From positions 184,328,001 through 184,392,000 of the forward strand of contig NC_058368.1 of assembly GCF_018350175.1 (NCBI RefSeq): a DNA stretch of 64,000 bases, in the 5' to 3' direction. This document shows, piece after piece, positions 50,601 to 63,105 of this stretch. The notes beneath the pieces were generated by a model. That model was not told the origin of the DNA and searched no databases. It saw only the letters and a list, made by a program, of their open reading frames with translations. The DNA is from Felis catus. Lineage: Eukaryota. A program made the position numbers and the translations under genes. Positions within the stretch are counted from its first letter, which is position 1. Every line of letters begins with the position of its first letter.

Positions 50601-51162
50601 TTAGGCAGATTATTTCAAGTTCCTGGTCACACTTGTTGGAAATGACTGACCTGAATATAAAACCAGCTGTCTGATTCTAAAACTTATTCTTATAAAAAAA
50701 TGCATCTTGGTTTACCCAGCATGTACCATCCGGTAAAATAAACCCTATCTCCCCACAAATATCACCCAATTGAACATATCATATCTTGGCATTCTCCACG
50801 TTTCTATCAGTCAGCTAGAGAAGACCTGAGGCCAAACAGCTTCTGTGAAGTGACCCCAAATTCAATAAACAGTCATTTAATCTGCTGAAGTGGTGAAAGT
50901 GACTTTAGTCTCAGTCAGGAGTGAATCAATTGACCCCCATCAGAATGTTTTTTAATGCATAGATTTTACTAGTCACCAGATCTCACTAGTGACTCACTAG
51001 AGTCAAGCCTAGTGTAATATGAGGAAATCCTCTTAAAATCTGCTTTTGTTTTACTCAGGTTTGCTTGAAGATCTTAAGTAAAAAGAGACAATATTAATGT
51101 AAAGGAGAGGAACTAAAATAAATAAACAAACAAACAAACAAGTGGAACTAATGAGCTCTTTT

Positions 51163-51511
51163 AAAAATATACACATTTTTAACTTAAATTCAAGTTAACT
51201 AACATACAGTGTGGTGCTGGCTTCAGGAGTAGAACTCAGTGATTCATCACTTACATATAACACCTAGTGATCATCCCAACAAGTGTCCTCCTTAATGCCC
51301 ATCACCCATTTAACCCATCCCCCCACCCAACACCCCTCCAGCAACCCTCAATTTTTTCTCTGTATTTAAGAGTCTCTTATGGTTTGTCTCCCTCTCTGGT
51401 TTTATCTGATTTTATTTTTCTTTTCCTTCCCCTATGTTCATCTGTTTTGTTTCTTAAATTCCACACGAGTGAAATCATATGGTATTTGTCTTTCTGACTT
51501 ATTTCACTTAG
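51163..51511 (-). mobile_element. Carnivore L1 3'-UTR fragment, 5'-truncated
   Basis: caggagtagaactcagtgattcatcacttacatataacacc...cccctccagcaaccctca...gagtgaaatcatatggtatttgtc, antisense to the L1 3' UTR also seen at 61640-61915. Confidence 0.92.
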
Positions 51512-51524
51512 CTAAAATAAATAA

Positions 51525-51555
<31 letters not shown>

Positions 51556-52311
51556 ATAGGAGGAACTAATGAGCTCTTTTGTTGGGCTTACCTTTGCATT
51601 ATATTGCTACCCATTGCCAGTCCCTATGCTATTTTCTAGAAAGACCTATTTATTCTCATATGACTCACCATATTAGGTTGCAATATTCTGTTTATCATAT
51701 CAAGATTTGCTCTGTTTACATCCGGGGTAATAACATGTTGCCACCCAAGTATAATCAAACATAAGTGATAGTATGTTGGAAATGTTCTCTGGCTCTTTGT
51801 AGAAGTCAATTCGTATTCTAATGCCTTTATGAATAATCCTTTCATTTTTAAGAAGTTTACATTTTTCCTTCTTTAAAGAAATTTTAATTCCCTAGTATTT
51901 CATGAATTCATAATTGTTCATGTGATTAAGATAAAAGTAGGCTGACTACTTTTATAAATATTTGCTGTCCCACGTGGTCATTACAGCCAAGTCAAAATTG
52001 TTTTGTTTTGTTTTTTAAAATAAAGAATCTTTACAAATAAGAGACATCTTAATGCTAATGCTACTGAGCCTTTCTAGGCAATAAAGGGAAACAGTGTTGT
52101 GAGTATACCAGAGGAGAAAGATGGAAGGTGGTGTCTTTCCAAATATTACATTGAAGAATATGCATGGGAAATAATATAAAATACAGTTTAAAATGAAACT
52201 CAAAGAATTTGACAGCAAGAAGTCCTAGTAAAGAGTCTTAAACAATTCCACACATCTTTATTTTTTGGAATATAAAAGTTCAGAGGAGATGTCAGAAATT
52301 GTGCTATGTTT

Positions 52312-52563
52312 ATTTTTTTTAAATGTTTATTTATTTATTTTGAGAGAGAGAGCGAGCGAGATACTGAGAGAGAGAGAGAGAGAGCATATGTGTGTATGAG
52401 TGGGAAAGGGGCAGAGAGAGAGAGAGGGAGAGAGAGAATCCCAAGCAGGCTCTGGTGCAGAGCCCGACTTAGGACTTGATCTCACAAACTGAATAGTAAG
52501 ATAATGACCTAAGTTGAAACCAAGAGTCAGATGCTTAAACAACTCAGCCATCCAGGTGCCCCC
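52312..52563 (-). mobile_element. CanSINE
   Basis: aatgtttatttatttattttgagagag ... cagccatccaggtgccccc. Confidence 0.95.
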
Positions 52564-53539
52564 AAATTTATCAATGTTTAAATATTACCCAATAAATGTT
52601 AAGAACTGTTGAGTCATTGAGTGCATGTGAATTTGAAGTAGTGAGGGAAGAGAGGATGTGCTGACACCAATAAAGGAAATAATTTTGACTATTTAAAATA
52701 AGAACTTTTAAAAAAAGGGAAGACAAAAGGAGGAGGTTACACTAAGGCAGGCAAAAAGAGAATTAAAACCACATAAAAAATTGTGTGAGATGAGTTGCTA
52801 CAGCAGAATGAAAGAACAAAGAAAAAATACAACACTCTATTCATCACCAAGTATTTGAGACTAAATAAGTCTTAATTTCTATTATTTTTAAATTTTGATT
52901 TCTTATGTGAATCATTTCTTTTTCTCCTCATTTTGAGAGGTTTGAAAGTCATCTTGCTAACAGACCTCAAACCAGGTCATGGAGAACTCCCATTCCTTTT
53001 TGGGGGGGAATTCATTAACGGGCAAAGAAGTTTCATTTCTGGCCATGGAAATTAATTCCATGTGGCCAACCATTCCATTCCATCTACTCAGACAACATGC
53101 TACACTTATATAACTACATATATAGCATATAATCATCAACTACCTCTATTTTTGGACTCCCCACACTGTGGAGGGGAAATAGTAAAGAAAAAATATTAGC
53201 GACAATTTATACCCAAACACTATCCATCTAAAGTGTTATATTAGAAGACTGTGTTGACATCAGCTTCAGGGTGCAATAGCATTCCCATATTCATGTAGCC
53301 TAACAGAGAATGTATAAAAGTGAGCCCTTTGAACCTCCCTGGTTATATCTATTTGTAAGTGGAATGCTTCATGAATAAATCCTGTCAACGTGAAGCATGA
53401 TATAATTTCTCCCATCCTGAAAGTTTTCCACTCTGAACACCATTTACTCCTCCCTGTACCATCTATTCCTCTATTCCTTTTTATAGAAAACCTCTTTAAA
53501 CTCTCTGTCTCCAATTCCTCTTTTGTCATTCTCTTTTTT

Positions 53540-53905
53540 CTACCTTATGATTGTGAAATAAAACACAGATTTTATATGAAAATGCACACCAGATAAATTT
53601 ATACCTTAACCAATTATTGTAAGGTAATATCCATGTAAAATATCACTCAGGTTATGAAATAAAATATTCCCCACAGCCCAGAATCCCCTACATGCCCTTG
53701 ATGTATAATGTTTTCCCTCCCACCTGTGGATAACCAGTATCCTGATCTTTATTCTGTTTTTCTCCTTGCCTTTTAAAGAGTAGTCCATATTATTATGCTT
53801 CCATAAAAAATACACTTTAACTTTTCCTATTTTTGAAGGTTATGTAAATGGAAAAATTACAGCTTCCATTTTACTCAATATTATATTTTTGAGATTTACC
53901 CAATC
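53540..53905 (-). mobile_element. L1ME-like 3'-end relic
   Basis: gataaccagtatcctga...atgtaaatggaa...tttactcaatattatatttttgagattta. Confidence 0.7.
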
Positions 53906-54375
53906 TCAAAAATTGGGATGGAGAATGGCCAATTTTGTAGCAGGTGAAATTTAGTCAGTAGTAGGATGTTTGTAATTGGTTTTCAAAAGCTCACCATTCA
54001 GATAACTTTAAAAGGTCCAAGGGCTACATACAGCTTTAACTTCTAATCAAGGATCTTGTCTGTTTTGTTTCTCACCGTATACAGCAATATCTGAGATATG
54101 ATAAATATTCAACATATATTTTTGTTATTGAATGAATATGAAATTATATTCTAACAACTTATTCAACTTGCTGCCTGTCCCTTCATAGCCAAGATCAGGG
54201 ACTCCAATCATGAACTTTTTCTTTTTCTCTGGTAACTTCCACTTTAACCTTCTAGCAAATGGGGTAGAATAAATATATTAATATTAAAATGATGTATTAA
54301 ATTTATGAGCTTAGCACAGTTCAGACTATACTGAGAATCACAGAAATATTTGTACATTTAAGAAATATGAATTTT

Positions 54376-54590
54376 GGGTGCCTGGGTAGCTCAGTCGGTT
54401 AAGTGTGTGACTTAAGCTCAGCTCATGAACTCACAGTTTGTGTGTTCAAGCCCCACATCAGGCTCCGTGCTGACAGCTCAGAGCCTGGAGCTTGCTTCAG
54501 ATTCTGTGTCTCCCTCTCTCTCTCTGTCCCTCCCCCACTCACACTCTGCTCTCTGTCTCTCTCTCTCAAAAATAAATAAACATTAAAAAA
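54376..54590 (+). mobile_element. CanSINE
   Basis: Full body; TSD aagaaata[t/g]gaatttt. Confidence 0.96.
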
Positions 54591-55914
54591 AGAAATAGGA
54601 ATTTTCTTGATTTGTATTCAAGCACTTCATATATTCTGTCTTCTTAATATTTGAGGGGCTGCTAGAAGTCTGTATCTGTCTCAGATAGGTAGCCTAGTTT
54701 GTGTTATCATCAGAGACATGTTGAACTGACAAACCATGAACACTTACCCTACAACCTGCCTACAAATGCTTTACAGCTGTTAAAAGTCTTGGAATCCAGA
54801 CTGAGTGACAGTAAACATTGATTTCAACACTTCCCAATTCAACAGGTGAAATTATATTGTGCAGTACCTATTGTATAGTATCTTGCTTCTTCACAGGATA
54901 ATGAAATGAGGTTCGACATAATTGCATGCAAGACGATGGGATGGACTGGATACTAATTCAAGAGCTACTGAATCTGTCCAGCTCAGTGCTGGCATTTTGT
55001 CACAGACTTTTCTACCAGTGTATATTTTTTCCCCTTCAAAACATATATGTGGAGAATCCCTTTCTTTTTTAAGGGCAGGAAACACAGTAGTAAATTCTAG
55101 ATCCCCTTCACGTGACTTTCACATGTCATTTGTGACCAAGTAATTACAATATTGATAAATTCTTCTATTGCTACAGAAAGGAAGAAATCTAAGCACCTAT
55201 ATTTATCACCATTTTTTTTTCCAAAAAGCATCTTGTAAAATAACTTTTAGATTAGGAGTATGTTCTTTTTAAATTAGTTTTCAAATAGTTTAAAAGCAGG
55301 AATATGAATAACTAAACTAAAATTTCATTGGGAACTTGCAAAAGCAGATGCTTGTTTTACAAGTTAAAAGAATCTTTGTCGGTAGAACTTTGGACTATAA
55401 GCTAGGAGGTCTGATTTGTTTGCATTCTAGGCCATTATCTAATCCTGAGACCATAAATAAGATCCTTGAACAGTGTGCATTTCATTTTATATGTCAAATA
55501 GCAATGATACTTTACATACCTCTATGGCTTTATATGAAAAGCAGGTTCTGCCAATATATGAAAAAATGCTTATGAAAGTATTATGCAATCCACAAATATT
55601 TGTTATAAGATTCTTTTATGTACACAGAGCATTGTGCTATATTTGATGGAGAAATGACTCAGGCAGATGAAATCATCACAGCTAGTCAATCTCCCTTTTG
55701 TAACCACCTATAAATTCTGTTACGATCCCCCAAAGAGCAAAGAATGGCTTACATATATTTGGCTTCTTGATGCTGAATAACTCATGGACCTAACAGAGGA
55801 AAACTAGTTGAACTTTAGTGCTTTAACTGAGATGAACAAGAGAAATGAATCAAGGTATATATTGAATATTGACTATAATAACGTCTCTTGCCATTATGGA
55901 GTTTGCTATTTAAC

Positions 55915-58425
55915 CTTTTTCCACAGAACTAGAACAAACACTTCTTAAATTTGAATAAAACCACAAAATACCCCCAAAAAACGAAGACAATCTTGAAAAA
56001 GGAAAGCAAAGCTGGAGGGCATCACAATTCTGGACTTCAAGTTATATTACAAAGCTGCAGTAATCGAAACAGTATTGTACTGGAACAAAAATAAACACAT
56101 AGATCAATGGAACAGAACAGAAAATCCAAAAATAAGCCCACAAGCGTATGGGCTTCAACAAAGCAGGAAACAATACCCAACGGGCAAAAAGACAAGTCTC
56201 TTTAACAAATATTAGGTATTTGTTGGGTACTGGGAAAACTGGATAGCAACATGCAAAAGAATGAATGAAACTGGACCAATTTCTTACACCATATAGAAAA
56301 ATAAATTCAAAATGGATTAAAGACCTAATGTGAGATAAGAAACCATAAAAATCCTAGAAGAGAACACAGACAGTAATCAGCAAAGGACACAACCAACAAA
56401 ACTAAGACAACCTACTTAATGTGAGGAGATATTAGCAAATGATATATGTGATAAAGACAACTATATCTTTAGCTATAGAGAACAAACTCATGGTTACCAG
56501 AGGGGAGGAAGGTGGGGGTATGGGTGAAATAGGTGCTAGGGATTAAGGTGTACACTTGTGAGCACCGGGTGATTAAAATAAAAACTAAAAAAAAGAGAAT
56601 ATATCAACTACAAATATATACAAACCAAATATTAGAGAAACTAAACATCTAAAAAACTATGAACAGAATTGAAGGGAGGAATAGACATTAATACAATAAT
56701 AGTGAGGTATTTCAAAACCCACTTTAACATTGGATAAATCATTCAGACAGAAAATTCATAAGGAAAAATGAGGACCTGAATAACACTGTTCACCAAATGG
56801 ACCTAATAGATATATATATAACATCCCATTCAACAATTACAGACTACACATGCTTCTTTTTTTTTTATTTATTTTTTTTTTAATTTTTTTTTCAACGTTT
56901 TTATTTATTTTTGAGACAGAGAGAGACAGAGCATGAACGGGGGAGGGGCAGAGAGAGAGGGAGACACAGAATCGGAAACAGGCTCCAGGCTCCGAGCCAT
57001 CAGCCCAGAGCCTGACCCGGGGCTCGAACTCACGGACCGCGAGATCGTGACCTGGCTGAAGTCAGACGCTTAACCGACTGCGCCACCCAGGCGCCCCAAC
57101 ACATGCTTCTTAAGCACACATAGAACATTCTCCAGGAAGGATCATATTGTGGGCCAAAGAGCAAGCCTTGACAAACTTAAGAAAAGGGAATTACTATCTC
57201 GTATCTTTGCTAACCACAATGGTATGAAGTTAGAAATCAAAAAAGGTGGAAAACTGAAAAATTCACAAATAACTGGAAATTAAACAACACACTACAGAAC
57301 AACAAATGGGTCAAAGAAGAAGAAAAGTAGTAAATCAGAAAGTATCTTGACACAAACAAAAAAGAAAATACAACATATCAAAACAAAACTTTTAAGATAA
57401 TGTAAAAGCAATTGTAAGAGGGACTTTTATAGCAAAAAAAATGCCTACATTTCAAAAAAAGAAAGATCTAAAAAAAAAACCTAACTTTATGCTGGAAGGA
57501 ACCAGAAAAGGAAGGCTAAACTAAGCTGAAAGTTAGCAGCTGAAAGGAAATAATAAAGATTAGAGCAGAAATGAATGAAATAGAGACTAGAAAGAAAATA
57601 AAAAAGATACAACTATTGGTTGATTTCTTGAAAAGATAAACACATATGACAAATCTTTAGCTATACTAACCAAGAAAAAAAGAGAATACTCAAATAAACA
57701 AAATTATAAATGAAAAAGGAGACTTTACAGCTGACATTATAGAAATAGAAAGGATCATAAGAGACTATGAACAATTATACACCAACAAATTGGGTAACCA
57801 GAAGAAACGGATAAATTCCTGGAAAAATACAACCTACTAAGGCTGACTAATAAAGAAATAGAAAATTTGACAGACCAATAACTAGTAAAGAAATTGAAGT
57901 AATAATCAAAAAGCACCTAACAAAGAAAAGCCCAAGACCTGATTGTTCTACCAATGAACTCTACCAAACATTTAAAGAATTCATGACAATCCTTTTCAAA
58001 TTCTTCCAAAAATCAAAAGGGAGAAAATTCTTCCAACCTCATTCTTTGAGGCCAGCATTACCCTGATGCCAAGTCATACAGGACAATACAAAAAAACTAT
58101 AGGCCAATATCCCTGATGAACATAGATATTAATATCCAAAATATATAAGGAACTTATACAACTCAATAGCAAAATACAATCTGATTTTTAAGTGGACAGA
58201 GAACCTGAACAGATGTTTTTCCAAGGAAGACACCCAAAAAGCCAATAGGTACATAAAAAGATGCTCAACATCACTAATCACCAGGGAAATGTATATCAAA
58301 ACCATAATAAGATATCACCTCACACCTATTAGAATGGCTATTATCAAATAGACAAGGTATAACAAGTGTTGGCAAGGATGTGGAGAAAAAGGAACCCCAG
58401 CGCCTTACATGGGAATGTAAATTGA
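55915..58425 (+). mobile_element. Rearranged LINE-1 ORF2 mosaic (pseudogenised)
   Basis: Late-ORF2 piece 55915-56456; short 3' UTR plus A tail 56468-56591; endonuclease-to-RT-start piece ~56592-58127 ending NYRPISLMNID; C-terminal piece 58128-58425. Confidence 0.88.
56859..57097 (-). mobile_element. Young SINEC_Fc inserted in L1
   Basis: Near-consensus, CpG-rich; TSD acacatgcttctt at 56846-56858 and 57099-57111. Confidence 0.99.
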
Positions 58426-58680
58426 TCAGCCCCCCACCTGCAACAAGTCCCACTTTTCTGAAACAGATTCTTTCAACTATAGTGTCAGTGTCCAGTACTA
58501 CTCTCTAGTCCTCTAGTATGTATATCTTCACTCTCCTTCAGCTCCTCCCTTTCTCTCACTCCTCAAACCAATTAATCACCAGATCAATTTAATTCTACTC
58601 AATAAATATTATTGGAATTGGAATCTGTCCAATTTTATCCAGTCCCACTTCTACTTCTCTAATTCAGTCAATCATTCATT

Positions 58681-58710
58681 CAAAACAAAACAAAACAAAA
58701 CAAAACAAAA
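58681..58710. repeat. (CAAAA)6 repeat
   Basis: Seen directly. Confidence 0.95.
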
Positions 58711-59399
58711 CTCTTTTCAATATCCACTCCATTTTAGACACTGTGCTATACTACAGGCACTGGGGATATATTGGTGATCAAACCAGATGCTATTTGAAGC
58801 TTCATGGAGCATCTATCACCATTTATGAATTGCTACCAGAGACTCATCATTTGCATCCTTTTCTCCAGATATGTCAGAATTATTCCAATAACTTTTTTAT
58901 ATTGAGGACATATAACTTTATCCTAAAATGAAATTTCACATATGATACTCCTTATCATACCTTTAAGTGGATCCTTAATGCTCTAAGACAAAGACTAACC
59001 ACCATAACATGGCCTACAAGACCCATTTTGATTTGGCCACAACTCCTATCTCTGTACTTATATTATTAATACTACCCCCAACCAGTTTCACCTTTACCTG
59101 GAACAATATGATCCAGCCACACTTCCCATTTCTATAAACCATAAGGCTATTTCTACCAGAACATACTACTTTCTCTTTGTGAAACACCCACACTCCCTCT
59201 TGGTCTAGCTGCTCACTCCTAGCAAGCATTGAATGACACATCCACTCACTATACTCGTTTTGTTTCCTTTCTCAACTATCTTCATGGAATCTTCTATGAT
59301 GCTAAGCTGTTTAAAAGCAGTTCTTATTTAGGATTTTTCTTACATTAAGATTATCAAATCATACTCATAAAAAACCCTTGTACATGCTAGACAAAGTGC

Positions 59400-59765
59400 G
59401 TATCACTGTAAATATAATATCTGCCTCCTCTAACCCTAGATATATGAAACCAGAATTTTGGGAGGGAAACCCAGTTATGGTTTTAAAAATCCTCAAGGTA
59501 TGTTGACACTCATTCCTGGTTAAGAAACACTGTGTGTCCACGCACATACACATACACACACACAAGCAATTTTCAAAAAAGAAAAGAAGCAGTGCACTTG
59601 ATCAGTGATTTTTGAAGTGTTATCCTACAACCAGTAAGATCAGTGTCATTTTTACATGTAAAAAGTACCAGTTCTTGAAAAACACCCAGACATACTGAAT
59701 CATAAATTTCCAGTTAAGTGGGACCCAGCAATCTTTATTTTTGCAAGCCCATAAGGTATTTCAGA
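59400..59765. mobile_element. Two decayed MER5-like MITEs
   Basis: ...ggttaagaaacactg at ~59517-59532; cacccagacatactgaatcataaat...gggacccagcaatct at 59683-59735. Confidence 0.6.
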
Positions 59766-59901
59766 TAAGGATGGTATACCCTACCCTACCTTATGTATGC
59801 AAAGCATAAGTTGGTATTTGATTATACTAGCCTTCCCCTTTGACAGAAGCCATGGTCTCAGAAACATTCTCAAAAGAAGGATGCAGAAATATTGATAATC
59901 A

Positions 59902-61959
59902 CATCAAAAACCATAAGATACCTAGGAATAAACCTAAGAGGTAAAAGGTGTGTACTCTGAAAATAATAAAACACTGATGAAATAAATTGAAGATGACACA
60001 AAGAAATGGAAAAACATTCAATGTTCATGGATGGGAAGAACAAATATTATTAAAATTTGTATATTACTCAAAGAAATCTCCACATATAATGCAATTCCTA
60101 TCAAAATACCACCAGCATTTTTCACTGGGCTAGAACAAACAATCCTAAAATTTGTATCAAACCACAAAAGATTCTGAATAAAAACTCTTGCAAAAATAAA
60201 GCAAAGCTGGATACACAACAATTACAGACTTTATGTATATTACAAAGCTCTAGTAATATAGACAGTATGACACTGGCACCAAAACAGACACATACATCAA
60301 TAGAACAGAGTAGAAAATCCAGAAATGAACCCACAATTATATGTTCAAATAATCTTCAGCAAGGCAGGAAAGTATTTACAATGGGGGGGGGGGCAGTCTC
60401 TTCAACAAATGACTTGAGAGAACTGGACAGTCACACGCAAATGAAACTGTACTACTTTCTTACACATACACAACGATAAATTCAAAATGTATTAAAGACC
60501 TAAATGTGAGACAGGAAACCATAGAAACACTAGAAGAGAACACAGACAGTAACCTCTTTGACAATGGTCATAGCAACTTCTTACTAGATAGATCTCCTGA
60601 GGCCAGGTAAACAAAATAAAAAATAAACTATTGGGACTTCATCAAAATAAAATCCTTCTGTACAGTGAAGGAAATAAGCAACAAAACTAGAAGGGAATCT
60701 ATGGAACGGGAGAAGATATTTGCAAATGACATATCTGATAAAGGGTTAGTATTCAAAATCTAAATCTAAAAATCTTATTTTAAAAATCTAAGGGGCGCCT
60801 GGGTGGCTCAGTCAGTTGAGCGTCCAACTTCAGCTCAGGTCACGATCTCACGGTCCGTGAGTTCGAGCCCCGCGTCGGGCTCTGGGCTGATGGCTCAGAG
60901 CCTGGAGCCTGCTTCCAATTCTGTGTCTCCTTCTCTCTCTGCCCCTCCCCCATTCATGCTCTGTCTCTCTCTGTCTCAAAAATAAATAAAAATGTTAAAA
61001 TTTTTTTTAATTTAAAAAAAATCTAAAAAATCTAAAATTTAAAAAACTTATCAAACTCAACATCTAAAATACAAATCATCCAGTTAAAAAAATGGGCAGA
61101 AGACATGAATAGACATTTTTCCAAAAAAGACATAGAGATGGCGAACAGACACATGAAAAGATGTTCACCATCAACTTATCAGAGAAATGCAAATCAAAAC
61201 TACAATGAGATACCACCTCACACCTGTCAGAATGGCTAAAATCAACAATACAAGCAACGATAGGTGTTGGTGAGGATGGGGAGAAAGGGGAACCCTTGGG
61301 CACTGTTGGTGAGAATGCAAACTCACCAGAGTGAGTGTAGCCACCCTAGAAAACAGTATGGTGTTTCCTCAAAAAGTTAAAAGTAGAGCTTCCCTATGAT
61401 TCAGCAATTGCACCCCAAGGCATTTACCAAAAGGATACAAAAAATATTAATTCAAAGGGATATATGATATGTACTCAATGTTTATAGCAGTGTTATCTAC
61501 AATAACCAAATTATGTCAACAGCCTGAGTATTCACTGATTGGTGAATGGATAAAGAACAGATAGCATGCACTATGGAATATTACTTAGCCACAAAAAAGA
61601 ATGAAATCTTGTCATTTGCAATGATATGGAAGGAGCTAGAGAGTATTATGGTGAGCAAAATAAGCCAGTTAGAGAAATACAGATACTAGAGGGTTTCACT
61701 AATATATGGAATTTAAGAAACAAAACAAGTAAATATGGGGAGAGAAATAGCAGTAAAGCTGGAAACAGACTTAACTATAGAATACAAACTGATGGTTACT
61801 GGAGGAGGGTTGGGCGGTGAGGATGTGTTAACCAGGAGATGGGGATTAAGGAGGACACTTGTGATGAGCGGCAAGTGTTGTATGTAAGTGATGAATCACT
61901 AAATTCTACACCTGATATTAAAAAATAATAATAATAAAGAGTCAAGGGAAGAAAAAAAG
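59902..61959 (+). mobile_element. 5'-truncated carnivore L1 (ORF2 3' half plus 3' UTR)
   Basis: atacctaggaataaaccta, ttcatggatgggaaga, accacctcacacctgtcagaatggc; 3' UTR to ~61915; exact 17-bp TSD agaaatattgataatca at 59885-59901 and 61960-61976. Confidence 0.95.
60792..61016 (+). mobile_element. SINEC_Fc inserted in L1
   Basis: ggggcgcctgggtggctcagtcagttgagcg head; TSD aaaaatctaa. Confidence 0.98.
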
Positions 61960-62738
61960 AGAAATATTGATAATCAGAGTTATACCTTGAAGTGAAATCT
62001 TTCTGTGATTCTTACTGCAATTTCCTATAGGATTCATACTATTCCTCAGCACATAGAAAACTGTTTAGAACATACGCTTGAGCAATGGAGGAGAGAGGGT
62101 TGGGTGTGAAGACATGAACGTTGAAATACCTTTGAGAAAGGGAAGAACAAAACAGATGGTGTGGAGGAAAGCTTCTCTGAAATGAAAAGAGAAGTGTTGG
62201 AGGCAACAGTAGAGAGGAAACCAGATAAATAGAAAATTTAACAGGGCATAATAGATAGAAGAGAATCCAGAATTAGAGAGGTTTTAGCTAATATAATTTT
62301 AAATTCAGTCACATTAATGTATGTTCATAAACTGTTTTGAGCCATGTAACTAAGGACCTAGTGCCTGGTTTTGATATGGTATAATGGCAGAAATTTTCCT
62401 AACTGGTCTCATTGCCAGGGAAAGAGGAGGCAAAGAAATACTTTCAAATCAGTTAAATCATAAATAGTATTTCCAAGTAGGATAAAATTGAGGAATTCAA
62501 GACAATTTTGGGAATTTTTTAGTTTTTAAAATGTCACTATAATGGGTTCAATACAATACTAAGGCCTTACAACCCCATTTTTTCTATTGTCATTGGAAAG
62601 TCTTTTTCTTTGAATCATGGCATTACCTATGACCTACTAAATGTTTCCTGGTTTGAGAGGAACTGGATATTTTCAAGAAATATCCACATCTTTTTTTTTT
62701 TATCCAAGCCATTACATGTTTAAAATTTCAATAGGTTC

Positions 62739-62955
62739 GGGGCGCCTGGGTGGCACAGTCGGTTAAGCGTCCGACTTCAGCCAGGTCACGATCTCGCGGT
62801 CCGTGAGTTCGAGCCCCGCGTCAGGCTCTGGGCTGATGGCTCGGAGCCTGGAGCCTGTTTCCGATTCTGTGTCTCCCTCTCTCTCTGCCCCTCCCCCGTT
62901 TATGCTCTGTCTCTCTCTGTCCCAAAAATAAATAAACGTTAAAAAAATTTAAAAA
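62739..62955 (+). mobile_element. Young SINEC_Fc
   Basis: Near-consensus; exact 17-bp TSD aaaatttcaataggttc at 62722-62738 and 62956-62972. Confidence 0.99.
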
Positions 62956-63019
62956 AAAATTTCAATAGGTTCAAAATAGTATATAAACAGAGTAACCAGA
63001 GTTTTAAAATATATTTATA

Positions 63020-63105
63020 GTCACTATATTGTACACCTGAAACTAATACTGCACTGCATGCTAACTAATGGGAGTATAAATACTTAAAAGAAACTACAAA
63101 AAAAT
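63020..63105 (+). mobile_element. Extremely 5'-truncated L1 3' terminus
   Basis: tcactatattgtacacctgaaactaatactgcactgcatgctaacta followed by an A-rich tail. Confidence 0.8.

Noticed and set aside
54896..54960. Acceptor-like cttcttcacag followed by GATAATGAAATG...
   Set aside because: All three frames hit a stop within 20 codons and no good donor follows.
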